From: Candidatus Thalassarchaeaceae archaeon
GTDB lineage: Archaea > Thermoplasmatota > Poseidoniia > Poseidoniales > Thalassarchaeaceae
NCBI GenBank assembly: GCA_029940695.1
Contig: JAPYUP010000004.1
Coordinates: 9,998-73,997 of the forward strand
Direction of reading: 5' to 3'
Length of the DNA stretch: 64,000 nucleotides
Numbering within the stretch: the stretch's first letter is position 1; each line of letters opens with the position of its first letter. The position numbers and the translations under genes are program-made. Shown in pieces: positions 28,601-40,300 of the stretch. The notes under the pieces are model-generated. The model had not been told where the DNA came from, searched no databases, and was given only the letters and a program-made list of their open reading frames with translations.

Positions 28601-30014
28601 TCGTCACACCGGTCACGAAGGCGTGAATAGCGGGGCAAGTGAAGTCACCGCCCCAGTAGGTATTGCTGCTGCACGCGCCGGCCCCCTGCGTAGAGATAGT
28701 GTTGTTCGCTAGGAAGACCCGGGATGCCGAGGCCTCGGACCGGGTGTACCTTCCCGCCACGATTGGTTCCGTTCCAGTCTCGAAGATGGTGTTGTTCTCC
28801 GCGACCACGTCGAAGGAGCCGCGCAGCCATAGCCCGTTGTATCCCCCAATCGGACCAATCTCATTGTTGTGGAGGGTCGCGGTGCTGGAATAGACTGTGA
28901 TGCCAGAGGCTTGTGAGGCGCCCTCGATGTCGTTGTTGGTCAGCGTGGCCAGAGCGCCGCTGTAAAGCGTAATTCCGCTGCCTTGCACGGTCGTGATAAC
29001 ATTGTTCGAAATCTCAAAGTCGTAGTAGACCGAGCCTATGGACTTCTTGCCGTTGATGTCGATGCCGTTACAGTTGACGCTTGCAGTGGAGTTGGTGACG
29101 CTACCTGCGGATGTCCTGAGGCTGAAGCCGAAGTCACCGTCAGTGATTTCGGCATTGTCGATCTCTATGAATGACTTCTCGGCCCAGATGGCAGCACGGC
29201 CGCGGTCCCGGGTCCCACAGCCGTTGTTGGTACTGGAGAGCGTGATATCGCTGAGGGTGAAAGGGGTTATGGAGGACCCCGAGGAGTAAATCTGTAGGGC
29301 TGGACCGACAATACTCCTGCTGGCATCGTTGCCTACTACGAAGGTGCCGCCGATAAAAGAGGGTTGGGCGAGATCGGTGGTTAGGACGCTGCTAGAGTTG
29401 ACATCCATGAACTCGAGGTTGATCAAGGTCGGGCTCGCACCATCGAGAACTAAAGCCGCGTAACGGAACTCGCTGACCGCAGTGACGTAGTATGGAACTC
29501 CCCAAGGGCCATCGAAGGTGACGTGCCTCATTCCCGTCTCCGATAGGTCGATGCTGTTCCTCATCAGCACCCCTTCGTTGCAGGATGGGTCGTCGATCCA
29601 GATTTCCTGGTTGCCCTGGGATATACCCCAGCACTCGCCCCTAGCACTCGAGTTGAGCGGCTCTTCCCACCTGAGGGTTATCTTCATCGCAGAGTCGGCA
29701 TTGCTGCTGCTGCCGCACGAGATGACGCCGGCGCAGATGCTGCCTCGGACGTCCAGATGCGTTCCATTGGGGAAGGTGATAGTAGCGCCCGCTTGGATAA
29801 TGAGCTTGGCACCCGGGGCAATCGTCACGTCTCCTGTCAGTGTGTGCGTTCCAGCCCAAGTCTCGGTACCCGTGATGGTACCGGAGGTGGTCTCGTTGGA
29901 CGCGCTAACCGGATGGGCTGGTAGCGTTAGTGAGAGTAGGACGCTTGTCAAAAAGAGCGCAACGAGAGCAATGGAGCCGGCCTTACCACTCCGCGCCATA
30001 GACCCGGGCTCCAT
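25683..30014 (-). CDS. Giant surface protein (1443 aa): signal peptide, right-handed parallel beta-helix (PbH1) repeats, Ig-like modules, C-terminal TM anchor and an acidic cytoplasmic tail
   Basis: SIALVALFLTSVLLSLTLPAHPVSA signal. PbH1-like repeats (NNVITTVQGSGITLYSGALATLTNNDIEGASQASGITVYSSTATLHNNEI). TM helix GIVFGGVFVIVLLGALAYFLIEI followed by EEEEDESE...HPGWLWDPAKEEWAPDPDYHDPK. Many N-x-S/T sequons. Confidence 0.85.
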   Translation of the reverse strand: MEPGSMARSGKAGSIALVALFLTSVLLSLTLPAHPVSASNETTSGTITGTETWAGTHTLTGDVTIAPGAKLIIQAGATITFPNGTHLDVRGSICAGVISCGSSSNADSAMKITLRWEEPLNSSARGECWGISQGNQEIWIDDPSCNEGVLMRNSIDLSETGMRHVTFDGPWGVPYYVTAVSEFRYAALVLDGASPTLINLEFMDVNSSSVLTTDLAQPSFIGGTFVVGNDASRSIVGPALQIYSSGSSITPFTLSDITLSSTNNGCGTRDRGRAAIWAEKSFIEIDNAEITDGDFGFSLRTSAGSVTNSTASVNCNGIDINGKKSIGSVYYDFEISNNVITTVQGSGITLYSGALATLTNNDIEGASQASGITVYSSTATLHNNEIGPIGGYNGLWLRGSFDVVAENNTIFETGTEPIVAGRYTRSEASASRVFLANNTISTQGAGACSSNTYWGGDFTCPAIHAFVTGVTMYDNVVNAGGSADGIRSVGSLLDIQRNVFNVAKTGAVLRNFDSGYSEADQFGTLGFFSQNTWNGAEMTYNVSKSAVTVQSEYIPSPPSGEFPVRLAWQDQEAWPANGFQGRISPTPVKNCANCANMTPRNFPLALNMDNNSTVFTFANLSNLDLSKVKIATQPTHYAVQVSRAELVRFQTLIKGERVTDTLLIVEDALGNDLYSIKTESDGFTPWISLPSNFHLDFRGLGGGDNPDGFADDEYEDSCSDGIDNDGDLTLDTGDSDCNYSAGTREMSLYRFTAYKFGSGYHRGEFTLVDSSYQETVNLENLAPTVTVTQDNGHSYRRIVNITGSAHDGQLANSYATNQLAQWDQRGYVHSIQVKDPFTNAWEDAGFAVDTSGLDEGMVTKTNRPFSSWYYAFDMSSMAGEGDYTFEFRAFDGIDYSPIIFKTFKLNTLPPTIFITSPSSFSSHDGGSVQFVGMAQDPYGCPSECNKDIGLIYILIEGPNFQVTTPVQSNADGSWEWEWDFSGQPRELATFTFTAWASDSDFCDGIIDECQPVVLTLSIDNSNSQPTISVNQPQTNSRIPVSESSIISGVARDFDGEVTRVDVEVKDVSNDFITVHYASTNEFSTNGEWEIEWDTTQLRHDSDYLIRIRSYDGLDFSGWAEVGITADNPPDADNNQPVFDPAEWLSEITLFCDTESSSANRCTTANIDLLDFFSDSDGDIQYISVFNDTSGATDDNFAIVISVGGDGIAHYNPADMFFYDPDMDSWTLNDVIFIATDSFNSKVNSLPVSFIVVPIQFSIQPPEQSWVEVDGIMLYSGVGLPGKQVSVLIGGLSVNNTIVTGDGTWELGIPASRIQGTSVIPQFSYSGELSFGNRIHLGQPESEGTNWSGIVFGGVFVIVLLGALAYFLIEIEEEEDESEKSPVAFSAELEEPDDPYAWAKSSDSTPSAIVDDSLQLEQHEDHPGWLWDPAKEEWAPDPDYHDPK

Positions 30015-30056
30015 CAGGGCGATTTAACCGTAGGGTATTATCGAGCCACTGGTGGC

Positions 30057-31295
30057 TCAAATAGAATTGAACTCTAGTGCCACTTGGTTGGACCATGCCG
30101 TCGCATCTAGTATACCATAACCAATCTTAGAATCATGGGAACCATCTTGCGAAGTAGTCTTTTGGGCTGACTTGGCCAACGCGACCTTGACCAGTGCCAT
30201 TTCTTCGGGGTCAATTTTGTCGTTCTGCCCGGCAATCAACTGGCCGTGTTCCTCCAAAATGAGTGCCAGAGCACCGGTGACCAAGACAGTGGAATCGCTG
30301 GTCCCTGTCGAGTAAGCGTAAGGGGGATTACTGTGGCTGGAAGCGCAAGACCAGATAAGCACGCCGGGGGCTGAAATCTCAGGTTTCTGGTTTGGAAAAG
30401 CCCTCTCCTCGCCAGTGTATGGGTCTATAGGGGCGCCGGTGGCGCTGTCCTTCCAGGCAGTCCCGTCCCAGCCATGTGCTCCAACAGCGATGACCCGCGC
30501 GATGCTTGCAGGAGTCGAGACGTCCGAGTCGTCTGCAAACGAGTCGCTGTTCCCTGCAGCAGCGATGACGAAAATTCCCGCGTCTAAGGCCTCCATAACG
30601 GCCTCTACGGTCTCCGATTCTCCCCCCATTCCCGAACCCGGCTCGCTGCCTAGGCTCAGTGAGATGATGTCAGCGTGTTGAGAGATTCGGCACCAACGGA
30701 TTGCCTGCGACACCATTCGCTCGTCTGTCGACACTCCCGTGGGCCCTAGAGCAATGGCGATGGAGAGAGAGACCTCAGGAGCGGCACCCAAATAGGTGCC
30801 GTTTGCAACGAGGAGGCCAGCCATCAGCGTACCGTGGCTCTCATGACCAATGTCCCTAATGCTATCATGCTCTTCGCTGTATAGGTCCCTGAACCCCGCT
30901 AAGTCGACGTTAGAGAAATCAGGGTGCGAGAGATCGATTCCTGTGTCCACCATGCACACGCTAACGCCGCTTCCCAATCTGCCCGAACTCTGCAGTTCCC
31001 TAATCCCAGTGTCCTCGTAGGCCCATTCCGAATCAGGGAGAACGTGTCCCAAGAAAGGTGTAATGAGATTCCACGATAATATCAACAAAACGATGGTTAC
31101 GGAGAATCCGATTGCCCCCCACGGCCAGAGCACCTTCATTATCGGTCCAGCGGGCCAGCGCATCTCTCTCGCCTCCTCGTCTGAGACGCCATAGGCTCCC
31201 CCTGGATATCCTGGGGCATCGCTGTCAACCGTTGTAAGCAGGCTTGGCTCATCGGGTTCGGGCATCAGATCGAGATGTTCTATCCCCTGCATCAC
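30057..31295 (-). CDS. Membrane-anchored subtilisin-like serine protease (peptidase S8)
   Basis: N-terminal TM helix (WGAIGFSVTIVLLILSWNLI). The Asp/His/Ser contexts are VCMVDTGIDLSHPDF, HESHGTLMAGLL and YSTGTSDSTVLVTGALAL, with AAAGNSD as the oxyanion Asn. Confidence 0.85.
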   Translation of the reverse strand: MMQGIEHLDLMPEPDEPSLLTTVDSDAPGYPGGAYGVSDEEAREMRWPAGPIMKVLWPWGAIGFSVTIVLLILSWNLITPFLGHVLPDSEWAYEDTGIRELQSSGRLGSGVSVCMVDTGIDLSHPDFSNVDLAGFRDLYSEEHDSIRDIGHESHGTLMAGLLVANGTYLGAAPEVSLSIAIALGPTGVSTDERMVSQAIRWCRISQHADIISLSLGSEPGSGMGGESETVEAVMEALDAGIFVIAAAGNSDSFADDSDVSTPASIARVIAVGAHGWDGTAWKDSATGAPIDPYTGEERAFPNQKPEISAPGVLIWSCASSHSNPPYAYSTGTSDSTVLVTGALALILEEHGQLIAGQNDKIDPEEMALVKVALAKSAQKTTSQDGSHDSKIGYGILDATAWSNQVALEFNSI

Positions 31296-31339
31296 TGACC
31301 CTCGTGTTGCTGAGAGTCGCCTCCCATATCACTCTGTGT

Positions 31340-34300
31340 TCAGAAGGGGGCTCTCGGCCTTCTCCCAGTCCGGCGGGTCAGAGACCATAGTGCGAGTGCG
31401 AGCATGAGCAGCAACAGGTAGGTAATCCACCCGAGCACGCCTTCCTCAGCCTCTGACCATAGTTGCGCCTCCTTCACGCAGACTGATTCTCCTTCCGCTC
31501 CCTCTGTGCCACAAGCCTTCAAATCGTCTTCGTCATTAAATCCGGGGGGAATGATTTCGAATAATATGTAGTACTTGTTCGGAGTGGTGAAGTTACTGAA
31601 GTCCATTGGGATGTAGAATGCCGAAGTGCCTTGCTCAGGGATGTCACTCACTGCAGTCGAGTTCACCCCCGTGATTGACGTGCATTTGATGTCGACACAC
31701 AACGTCGCCCTCAAAGTGACATCCTTTGCAATGACATGCCCCTCATTTACCACTTCCACTACGTAAGTGGTCTTCTGGCCCACGGCAGGGTTCCCGCCAC
31801 CCTGAAGTTGGATTGTGCTTCCGTGGATCGAGAGAGCAGGAGAGTCTCTGAGGAGTGAAATTTGGTAAGTGTAGGAGTTGTTGTCGGTGTCCGACACAGT
31901 GAAGTCGATCGTGTACTCAAGGAGCTGTTCCTCCTCCTCGCCAGTGTAAGAGAGGGCCAAGGTCGTAATGCCCTCCGAGAACGGTGAGACGGGCTGTCCC
32001 TGAGGCCCCCCCAGATCCCAGTTTTCTGGGGATTGATAGTCGAAACTCAGGAATTCGTCACTGTTTCCTAGGTTCTGGAATGGTATCTGGATTTCTAGGT
32101 GTTTTTCATCTGGGCTGAAGTAGGTAGTGTCGACAAAATCTCCGGTTAAATCAAATCCGGAGAATTTGGGTACCGTCACGGATAGACTGTGCTCAGTGGA
32201 ATATCCCCCAGCGGTCGAGAACATGACCAGGATGGTGTGACCTATTTCGAAATGGTGGGCATGGCTCCTGTTTGCTGGAGTCACCCTTACTCTGAAGTTG
32301 TCTATCACCTCAGCAGTATCGAGGCCCATCTCGAACGATGCCGTACTGTTCCAACTCCCAGATTCGTTCTCGAACTCCACAAGCCATAGATTACCATCGG
32401 TTCCCAGGACAGTGCCAACTATGTCATACGTGTCGAGGGGATTGTGCCCTGAGTAATCGATGCGCAATGTGAACTCGGCGGGAGAATATTCGCAGTCGGC
32501 CTCGGCTTCGCAGCTAGAGTCTAGTTCTAAGTTGACGGCGTTCTCTCCAACGGTGGAGATCCCTATGTCCTGCTTCGGAATTAGTTCTAGGTTCAATGTC
32601 TTGAGGGGGCTGTCCTGACTGGCCCTAATTGTGACGCCTTGACCGCCCGAGTATGACATGTTCCTGCCTCGTTGCTCTACCTCGAAGTCACTAGATGCGT
32701 CTATTTGTCCGGTGGGCAACAACATCTCGAGGGTGCCATCCCCACTCAATTGCTCGGACCATGACATCCCCATGCCGATAAAAATCACTAGGTCATAGTC
32801 ATCTATCTCCGATAGAGAGAGCGATGCCCCGTCATAGTCCAGCCACTCGGTGTCTAGGAATAGCTTGCCACCGATGGAGAGTTCCGAATCTACGGCACCC
32901 CCATCGACATCGGCGTCTAGCAGATCCACAGCGACTAGGTATGAGTCCCCCTCCGGGGAGTCGACAGTGACATAGACAATCCATCTTCCAGGCTCCACTG
33001 AGGCAGTCCACTCGCCTGTCCACCCATCCGCTTCGTTCCCAACCTTATCTGGAACAACCCGATCCCTAGCGATTCCGTGTGCGGGAATCAGCACAATGTC
33101 CCAATCACCGTCAAATATCCATTCGTCAGAAATGTATGAGACGGTTCCAGAAACTTCGACTGAGCCAGCAGTAATCTCGATATTCTCGGCTTGGGCGGAT
33201 TCTCCTAGGGTGACGAAAACTGATTCAGTGGCAAAGCCGGGACTTTCCACGGTGACGTTCCAAGCGCTGCCGGACGGTAAGTAGATTGCCCAATCGCCGT
33301 TATCATCAGTCGTCAACGAATAGTTGACCTCTTCACCGGATGACAGGTTCACAAGATTGGATGCAATCGTAACCGAGACATTGGACAGACCCTCTCCGAA
33401 GCCTGGCATTTCGTCGTCGTTTAGATCCCAGTAGACATTGCCGCTCATCTCGACGAGTCTCTGCACAGTCAGATCGACGGTGTGATTGACGCCGACCGTG
33501 ACGCCTGATTCGATTAGAGATGTGTTCTCGATGACCCATCTCACGCCCTCGTTGTCAGTCTGGTTCAGTTCCACGTTCCACATTCCTGGAGTGGGCCTAA
33601 TCACGATAATCTCCAAGAAGCCAGAGGACTCTGCTGTGAAGGAGCCTAAACCGTCCTGTGAGGTGAACTTGAGCTCCATCTGGTTGAGGCTGTCACCCGA
33701 ATAGTCCTCAGAGAGGATGATGGAGACCTCAGCCAGCTCAGAGGTCCGGAAATATGCTCGAGTACCGGCAGTAACTTGGGACACGCTGATCAGGCGACGG
33801 AGGCCTTCGAACACGCCTGAACTGGTTTCAAACTCGTGAACAATCACTATCCAATCGCTCTCGGGCAAGTATTCCACAACCCTGCCTTCCTCGTTAGTGA
33901 GGAAAGTTTGAATCCAGCCGTTTTCGGTATCAACGAACACGACCTCTTGAGCGACTAGGAGACTGTCACTCTCGTTCCTGAAAGTAATGTTTACGAGCCA
34001 TAGGGGCTCGAAGCCAACCGACCTCTCGATAATCGATGGGTCCATGCCCACTTGAAACACCTCGTTGAGGTCGTAGAGAGTGTCAAACGGCTCATCGGCC
34101 GAGGCATTGGCCCTCTCAATGACAATCCTGTACCTGCCCGGTTCCAACGAAATCTCGGCCCTACCAGTGGAGACCCATTCATCACCGTCCGTGGCGACTT
34201 CGTAACCCGCACCGTTGGCTTCTAGTGACTGGATGGTGAAGGGATACCTCACTGCCGTGCCATTGGAGACGTTGTTGTCCCGATAATGATCGACGAAAAG

Positions 34301-37300
34301 ATCGATTAGGACCGTGCTGTTCTCCTCCGGGTAGACTAGAAGTTCAAGTTCCACGATGGCGGATGAATTGAGCTCCTCAATCTCGGTGCTGGAGCCCATT
34401 TCCCCGGCGTCCAGAACGAAGGTCCAGTTGCCTAGGGGCAGTATCAAGTCAAAGTGGCCATCGGGACCAACGGCCTCCCTCCAAACTCCGTCTGTGTTCC
34501 CGTCTAAGTTGTTGGCGACGACATAGACCGGTTCCCAATCCTTGAAGGCATCAGTGTAGGTGTTCCCGGGCCGGTTCAGACCAACAAAACCACTTGTCAT
34601 GGCCCCCTGTACGACAGTCAGCGAAACGTCACTCATATCCTGTGCCACAGTGAAACGGGTTCCGTTAGAGTAGAACCCGTCCACGCCCATGAGTACTTCG
34701 ATTGTGGCGTCCACTATCACGTCCACGGGGAGTATCACGCTGAAGTTGCCTTCTCTATCAGAAGTAGTCGAGAGAGTGAATCCATCCCACTGGAACACGA
34801 TTTCCTCGTTTCCCACGACTTGCTCAAAGATGCCGGTTTCCAGCTTTTCACCATGAGAGTAGTACACTGTGCCGTTAACTGTGTGGCTGACTTGGAAGCT
34901 GAATGAGTCAGACAAGTCATCCGAACCGACTTCGATACGTTGCCAGAGCTGCTTATCGTTGTCCAGGGTGTGGTTGAGTATCCAAATGCCGTAGGAAAGC
35001 TCGACTCTGTACGAATTGGACACCGAGTCATAGATTGCCAAGACTGGGCTCATCGACTCGTTTTCGGGCCGCAGGCTGATCTCGAGGTCCGAAACGGGAG
35101 AGTCGCCATCGAAGAGGGTGAAGGAGAGATCGGACGTATCTGGGATTGGGGAGGGGAAGGTGGCTACGAAATCCTCCTCGGGGAGGAAGGAGTAGGTCTG
35201 AGTTACCTCCGGGAACCCGTCGTCGTCGATGTCGACCTCGGCGATGTAAGTTCCGGGAATGATGGGTCCAATCTGGAACGCGCCATTATCGTCAGGAACG
35301 ACAATGCAGGGAGGGGCCACGGTCTGGGAACACTCCATAGTGGCATTCTCGGCCGTGTCGTTGTTCGGGAAGATGGAAATCGATCCATCAAGTGGTTCTC
35401 CTGATTGGTCGACTAAGTTGCCCTTTATGCCCCCTCCAGAAACTGATAACTGCACAGGAGCCTGAATGGCATTCAGTCCTATTAGGAAGTTGCTCTCCAG
35501 CCCCACTATTGTCCCGTCACTGAATTCGATTGAGACGTCGTACTCGCCTGGTAGGGCATCGACGAAGTGGAAGGTGCCTGGTTGGACCATCGGCCCGCTG
35601 AATATCCCGGTGCCAGAGAACATGCCTGTTCCATTGATGGTGCCATACGAAGTGAGTGGTTGCGTGGTGTCCGTCTCGAAGGTGCCCGCGCCCACGAACG
35701 TAGCTTGGTCGAGGGTTCTGGAGAACAGGCTCGTACCGTCAGCAGTGAACCTGCCTGAGGCATTTACAGTGCCGTTCAATAGGTAGTCGCCATCATCGAG
35801 CACGCAAACGACAGTATCCCGAGGGATTTCGTTATCGGGGCACGCAAGAGCCTCCGTGCTGTCTAGAAGTTCCCCTATCAGCGTGCCCTTGCCGGTGAAT
35901 ATTCCCTCACCAGTCATGCTATGATTGTTGAAAATGGACTGGGTATGTGTTCCTGTGAAGTCAGTGACTGTCACGACGCCCTCAGTTGCGGCGATCCCCT
36001 CGCCAGTGAAGATTACCTGACCAATACCGCTGAACTCCAACGACTGACCCACTACCGTGCCGTTTGAGGTAAGAGCCACGTAGGGCTCTATGGTGACCTC
36101 GTCGGAGGAAGGGGTCAGAACCACTTGAGAGCCAATGACCGGATCCGCATCGAAGTCTAGCCCGCCGGACCACGTCAAGACTCCGGTTGCAGTGGAGGGC
36201 TGGACTGTGATGGAAGCCTCTATTCGAGATTGGCCGTTGCTGTGGCCATCCGAACCAGAGACGTTGACGATGGTCTCGGAGAGCCATGTTGAGCCCGAAA
36301 CGTTGCCCAGTATACCCGTAATCGGATTGACTGTCCTCTGTTCGTTGTGCTCCGTGAACAGCTCATACATCGAATTGCCGACGTCAGAAGCCATAATCGA
36401 CGAGCGGGCGGACTCCAAATCAGGTTCCCCAGAAAAGGCGGAGATTCGGATCTTGCCTGCTGGGACCGTGAAGGAATACTCTCCGTTTTCGTTAGCTTGA
36501 GTATGGCCGATGGGTATCCAAAACGTACGCCCATCTCCGTCGATGACGCTACCATTCTCATCAGGTTCCTCCTCGCCGCTAAATGCATCTCTCTCGATTA
36601 GAATTCGAGCGTTTGGAACTGGTCCGATGCCCTCTAGCTCAACCGTTCCTTCCACGGTAGCGCCGCTGTAGTACTTGAGAACCTTAACAATCCTGTTGGA
36701 ATCATAAATGGTGCCACATAACTGGCTAATCTTCACACCGGTCTCGTTGAGCTCGCATTCGCTGCTGTCGTACCAGTTGGAGATGACGAAGTGATTCATC
36801 ATTGCACCGGGAAGGGCGAAGGCATTCTCCAAGTAAGAGCCAGGAGAGCCTGTGATTTTCGTCTGCTGAGGGTTGAGCCAGACGGAGGGCGTCTCGGCAT
36901 CACCGGGAATCCCGAGTGTAGAGGATCCATAACCCACGTAAATCCTCGCGACCATGGTCTCAAAGAACTCCGGCTGGTGCTGGTAGTCGATGTCGATCAT
37001 CCTGATGACCTCAGAGGGGTCTGAGGATGCTCCCGAGGTCTGTCTGACTAAGTCATCTAGGTACTCTGCCTCGTATTGTGCCTGAGTCCTTGGGATAATC
37101 GGGCCATCGCCCCTCTGGGTCTGGTACATCGTTGAGATATATGACTCCATATCGAGCCCTGAGAGACGAGTAGGGGCATGGAAGATGCCGGTCGTCTGCC
37201 CGCGGTGGTATTCGTAGTCGTCGTAGTAAGAGCCACCAAGTGGGAAGAGTCGGTTGTCGACTGCGAAGTATCGAATCTCGTTGTTGCGGACCACTTTGCT

Positions 37301-40300
37301 GCCCAGTGGGGAGTCGTAGTCGGAGACCTCGTACTCGATGGAGGTGATACCTTGGTAGATGTCTACTAGGGCTTCCATATCAAAGGCTGTGACGAGGAAG
37401 GCGCGCAGCAGCCCCAGCCTTGCGTTGTTTCTGTGCAGCCCCGTGGAGATGTCGTAGTAGTCATCGATTAGGTCCTTGGTGTACCTGTATCCCCCAATGT
37501 CGTAGTGCGCTGGCTCACCCGTGTCTACCTGGGAGGAGGAGGCGCGGGTCTCGTTGAACAGGGACATGGCCTCGGACTGATTCGTGGTAGGGTCGCCGAC
37601 TTGGACACCATTCTCGAGAACGACCCAAACCTTTCCTATCTGAGGAAGACCATCACTCCCAAGCTGCTCCCCGTGGAGCAGTTCGACGTCGTTGTACACA
37701 GCTATGATCGCCATGGACCTGTTGAGGACGAACTCCCTGTTGTTGTTGGAGAGTATGGCCTCGAACTCCTTGACCTGCTCGGGCGTCATGTGGGCGTTGA
37801 GGGAGGCGAGGAAGTCCTCGCCGAGCTGCTGGGAATTGAACTTCCTATCGCCCTGTGCAAGAGTAACGATGAACATCGCTAGAGTGTCTTCTTGTCCTGC
37901 TGACAAGAGCATTCCACCACTGTTAGGGATTCCCGACTGGAAGTTGTCCGCGACCGTTGGGTGTTGGCCTGAGGCCAGAGCTTGGAACCCATAGTCCCAC
38001 CATGAGACGAACGCGGGACGCTCACTGAAACCTTGTTCCGAATCCTGCTCGGAAAGCCAATTGTACGCGTGGTTCCAGCCTTGGCTGTTGAAACTAGGGC
38101 CGAAAGTGCCCATGTACCAGAGTCCAGAGGCGTCGGGGCTGTACTCCTTGCTGTTCATCACGGAGAAGATGTTGAAGAAGTCCTCCCTGAAAATATCCGG
38201 GACGATGTCGTAGATGGCTAGGTCGACGTCGTAAGCCGATTCTTCCCCCCTGGGTATGCCTGAGTCGATCCCATAGGTAGTGTGCTGGGAGGTCACTAAC
38301 AGAAGCACGATAAGAATAACCGGAACTCCGGGACGAGACTTCGATGCAGGCCATATTGACCTGAATCGAGCTCTTGGGGTTCCAATGCCAGATCTCCTCC
38401 ACTCCTTGACGAACTCGGACGAGTTGGCACGGCTCCAAAGCATGGCGATTCCGATACCGCCAACCACCGCCATCGCCGGAGTTGCGTTGATGATGAACCG
38501 GCCAGCGGTCCATGCCATGTAAGTCGCAATAATTACCCACAGTCCCAGCAGCGTCAACCCGGACTTGTTCTTACGACTGCCCCGCCATAGTAGAAAGAAG
38601 CCGCATCCTATCGCTATCAGCGCGACCACAGGGCCGTAAGAGGCGAACAGCACACCACGACTGGGTGCCTGTGCCTCACCGATGGTGCCGAAGATCTTGT
38701 TCTTCGAGAAGTAGAATCCCCCTGTGAACAGGATGTCCCATCCGTCGTATACATCGGTGGCTTGGAGCAGGTAGAGGGCACCTAGAATCGTGCCGAACAG
38801 AGCTGTTCCGCTGATGACGACGAGCAGCCATGGCTTGTCTCTGAAGGAACTAGCAACCCATCCCATCGCGAACGTGAACCCGATGATGTAGAACATCGGC
38901 TGCATGCCGCTGGGTGCAAAGACCAGATTCAAGCCTGGCCATCCGTAGAACGGTAGTGGGAGGAGGATGGCGGTCATCATCATCTGAAGTGCGGCAGAGG
39001 TGAATTGGAGGCTGTCTCTGCCACGGAAGATGTTAATGGCAACTTGAACCGAATATGCGAGGAAGAGGATTCCGGGCCCATAGACGAATCCCTTCCAACC
39101 GAGTGCCATTATCGTGAATGCGATTCCAGACATCGTTGCGTTTGCCATCACTACAGGATTCTGCTTCCAGCTCTCCCTCATTCCAGCAATCAAGTAAAGC
39201 GGGTTCGGACTGGAAGATTCGAACAGTCTCTTGTGCTCGAGGCCGGCGAGAGCCCTTATCCAGAAGTAGAACGCCGTGGCTAGGAAAAGCATGGCGAACG
39301 AATCGTGATCGACCATAGCGAATGTCGACCTGCTAATGTGTCCAGGCATCAGCGCGATTAGCCATGCCGATATGATGCCGGCAGTCCTGCTGTGGACCCT
39401 AGTAGCAATACCTGCAATGGGTATGACGATGAGTGCGCCATAAATAGCAGGCAAGGCGGATACGCTCCACCAGACTGCCTGCTCTGAGGGAATCTCTAGC
39501 AGCCAGGATAGACCCAGTCCTCCAAGTGCGAGGGACCATGAGAACAGCGGTGGTCGGGGGTTTATTCCCCCAAGGGGATATGCCCTATCGTGATCGAAGA
39601 TGAGGTGGCTCCTCTCTGCGATGACGTAGTCGACGACCCTCTTCATGTACCATGGATCGGAACCCCCAGTCATGTCCCAGAGTCCCGTTCCCGACGCATT
39701 CATTGCAGGGATTACGTTCCATGCGGTTCTAACGGTTAGCGCAGTGACCAAGGCTAGGCCGACTAGGATCCCGTAGGAATTTGATTTCCACCAGATTCTG
39801 AAGCCACTTGGCTCCCTTTGGGGGGCGATGTCTCCGAAGACCCCTCGAGACGCGGCCATGATTCCGAAGAAATTTAGCCAGAACCCGACGAAGAACCACG
39901 AGGACGAGCCAATCAAGCCCCCTTCGTCGAGTGGGTACGGGAACTCGTTGCCGATCTCATGAAGATGGCCCATGGTGTACAACATCCAGTTTACCGCTAG
40001 CAACACACCGATAACGTGCCAACCCTCTGCTCGGAAGAAGGCATGCAATAGGATGGCCACGGTCGTGAATATCGCCCAGATGACTCCGAGATGGCGGGAC
40101 TCTGAGAACGCCTCGATGTCTCCAATCTGCCCCAACCAGACCAGTGGAATCAGTTGAACCACGAAGATGAGCACAGCGTAGATTATTGTCTCTCGACTGT
40201 GGGGGGGCGTAGGGATTACAGACATCATCGAGCCGGAGCCCACATTCTCAAATGTGCCCCTCAGAGCAATCATGACAGTAATTCCGAGTGCTATCGATGC

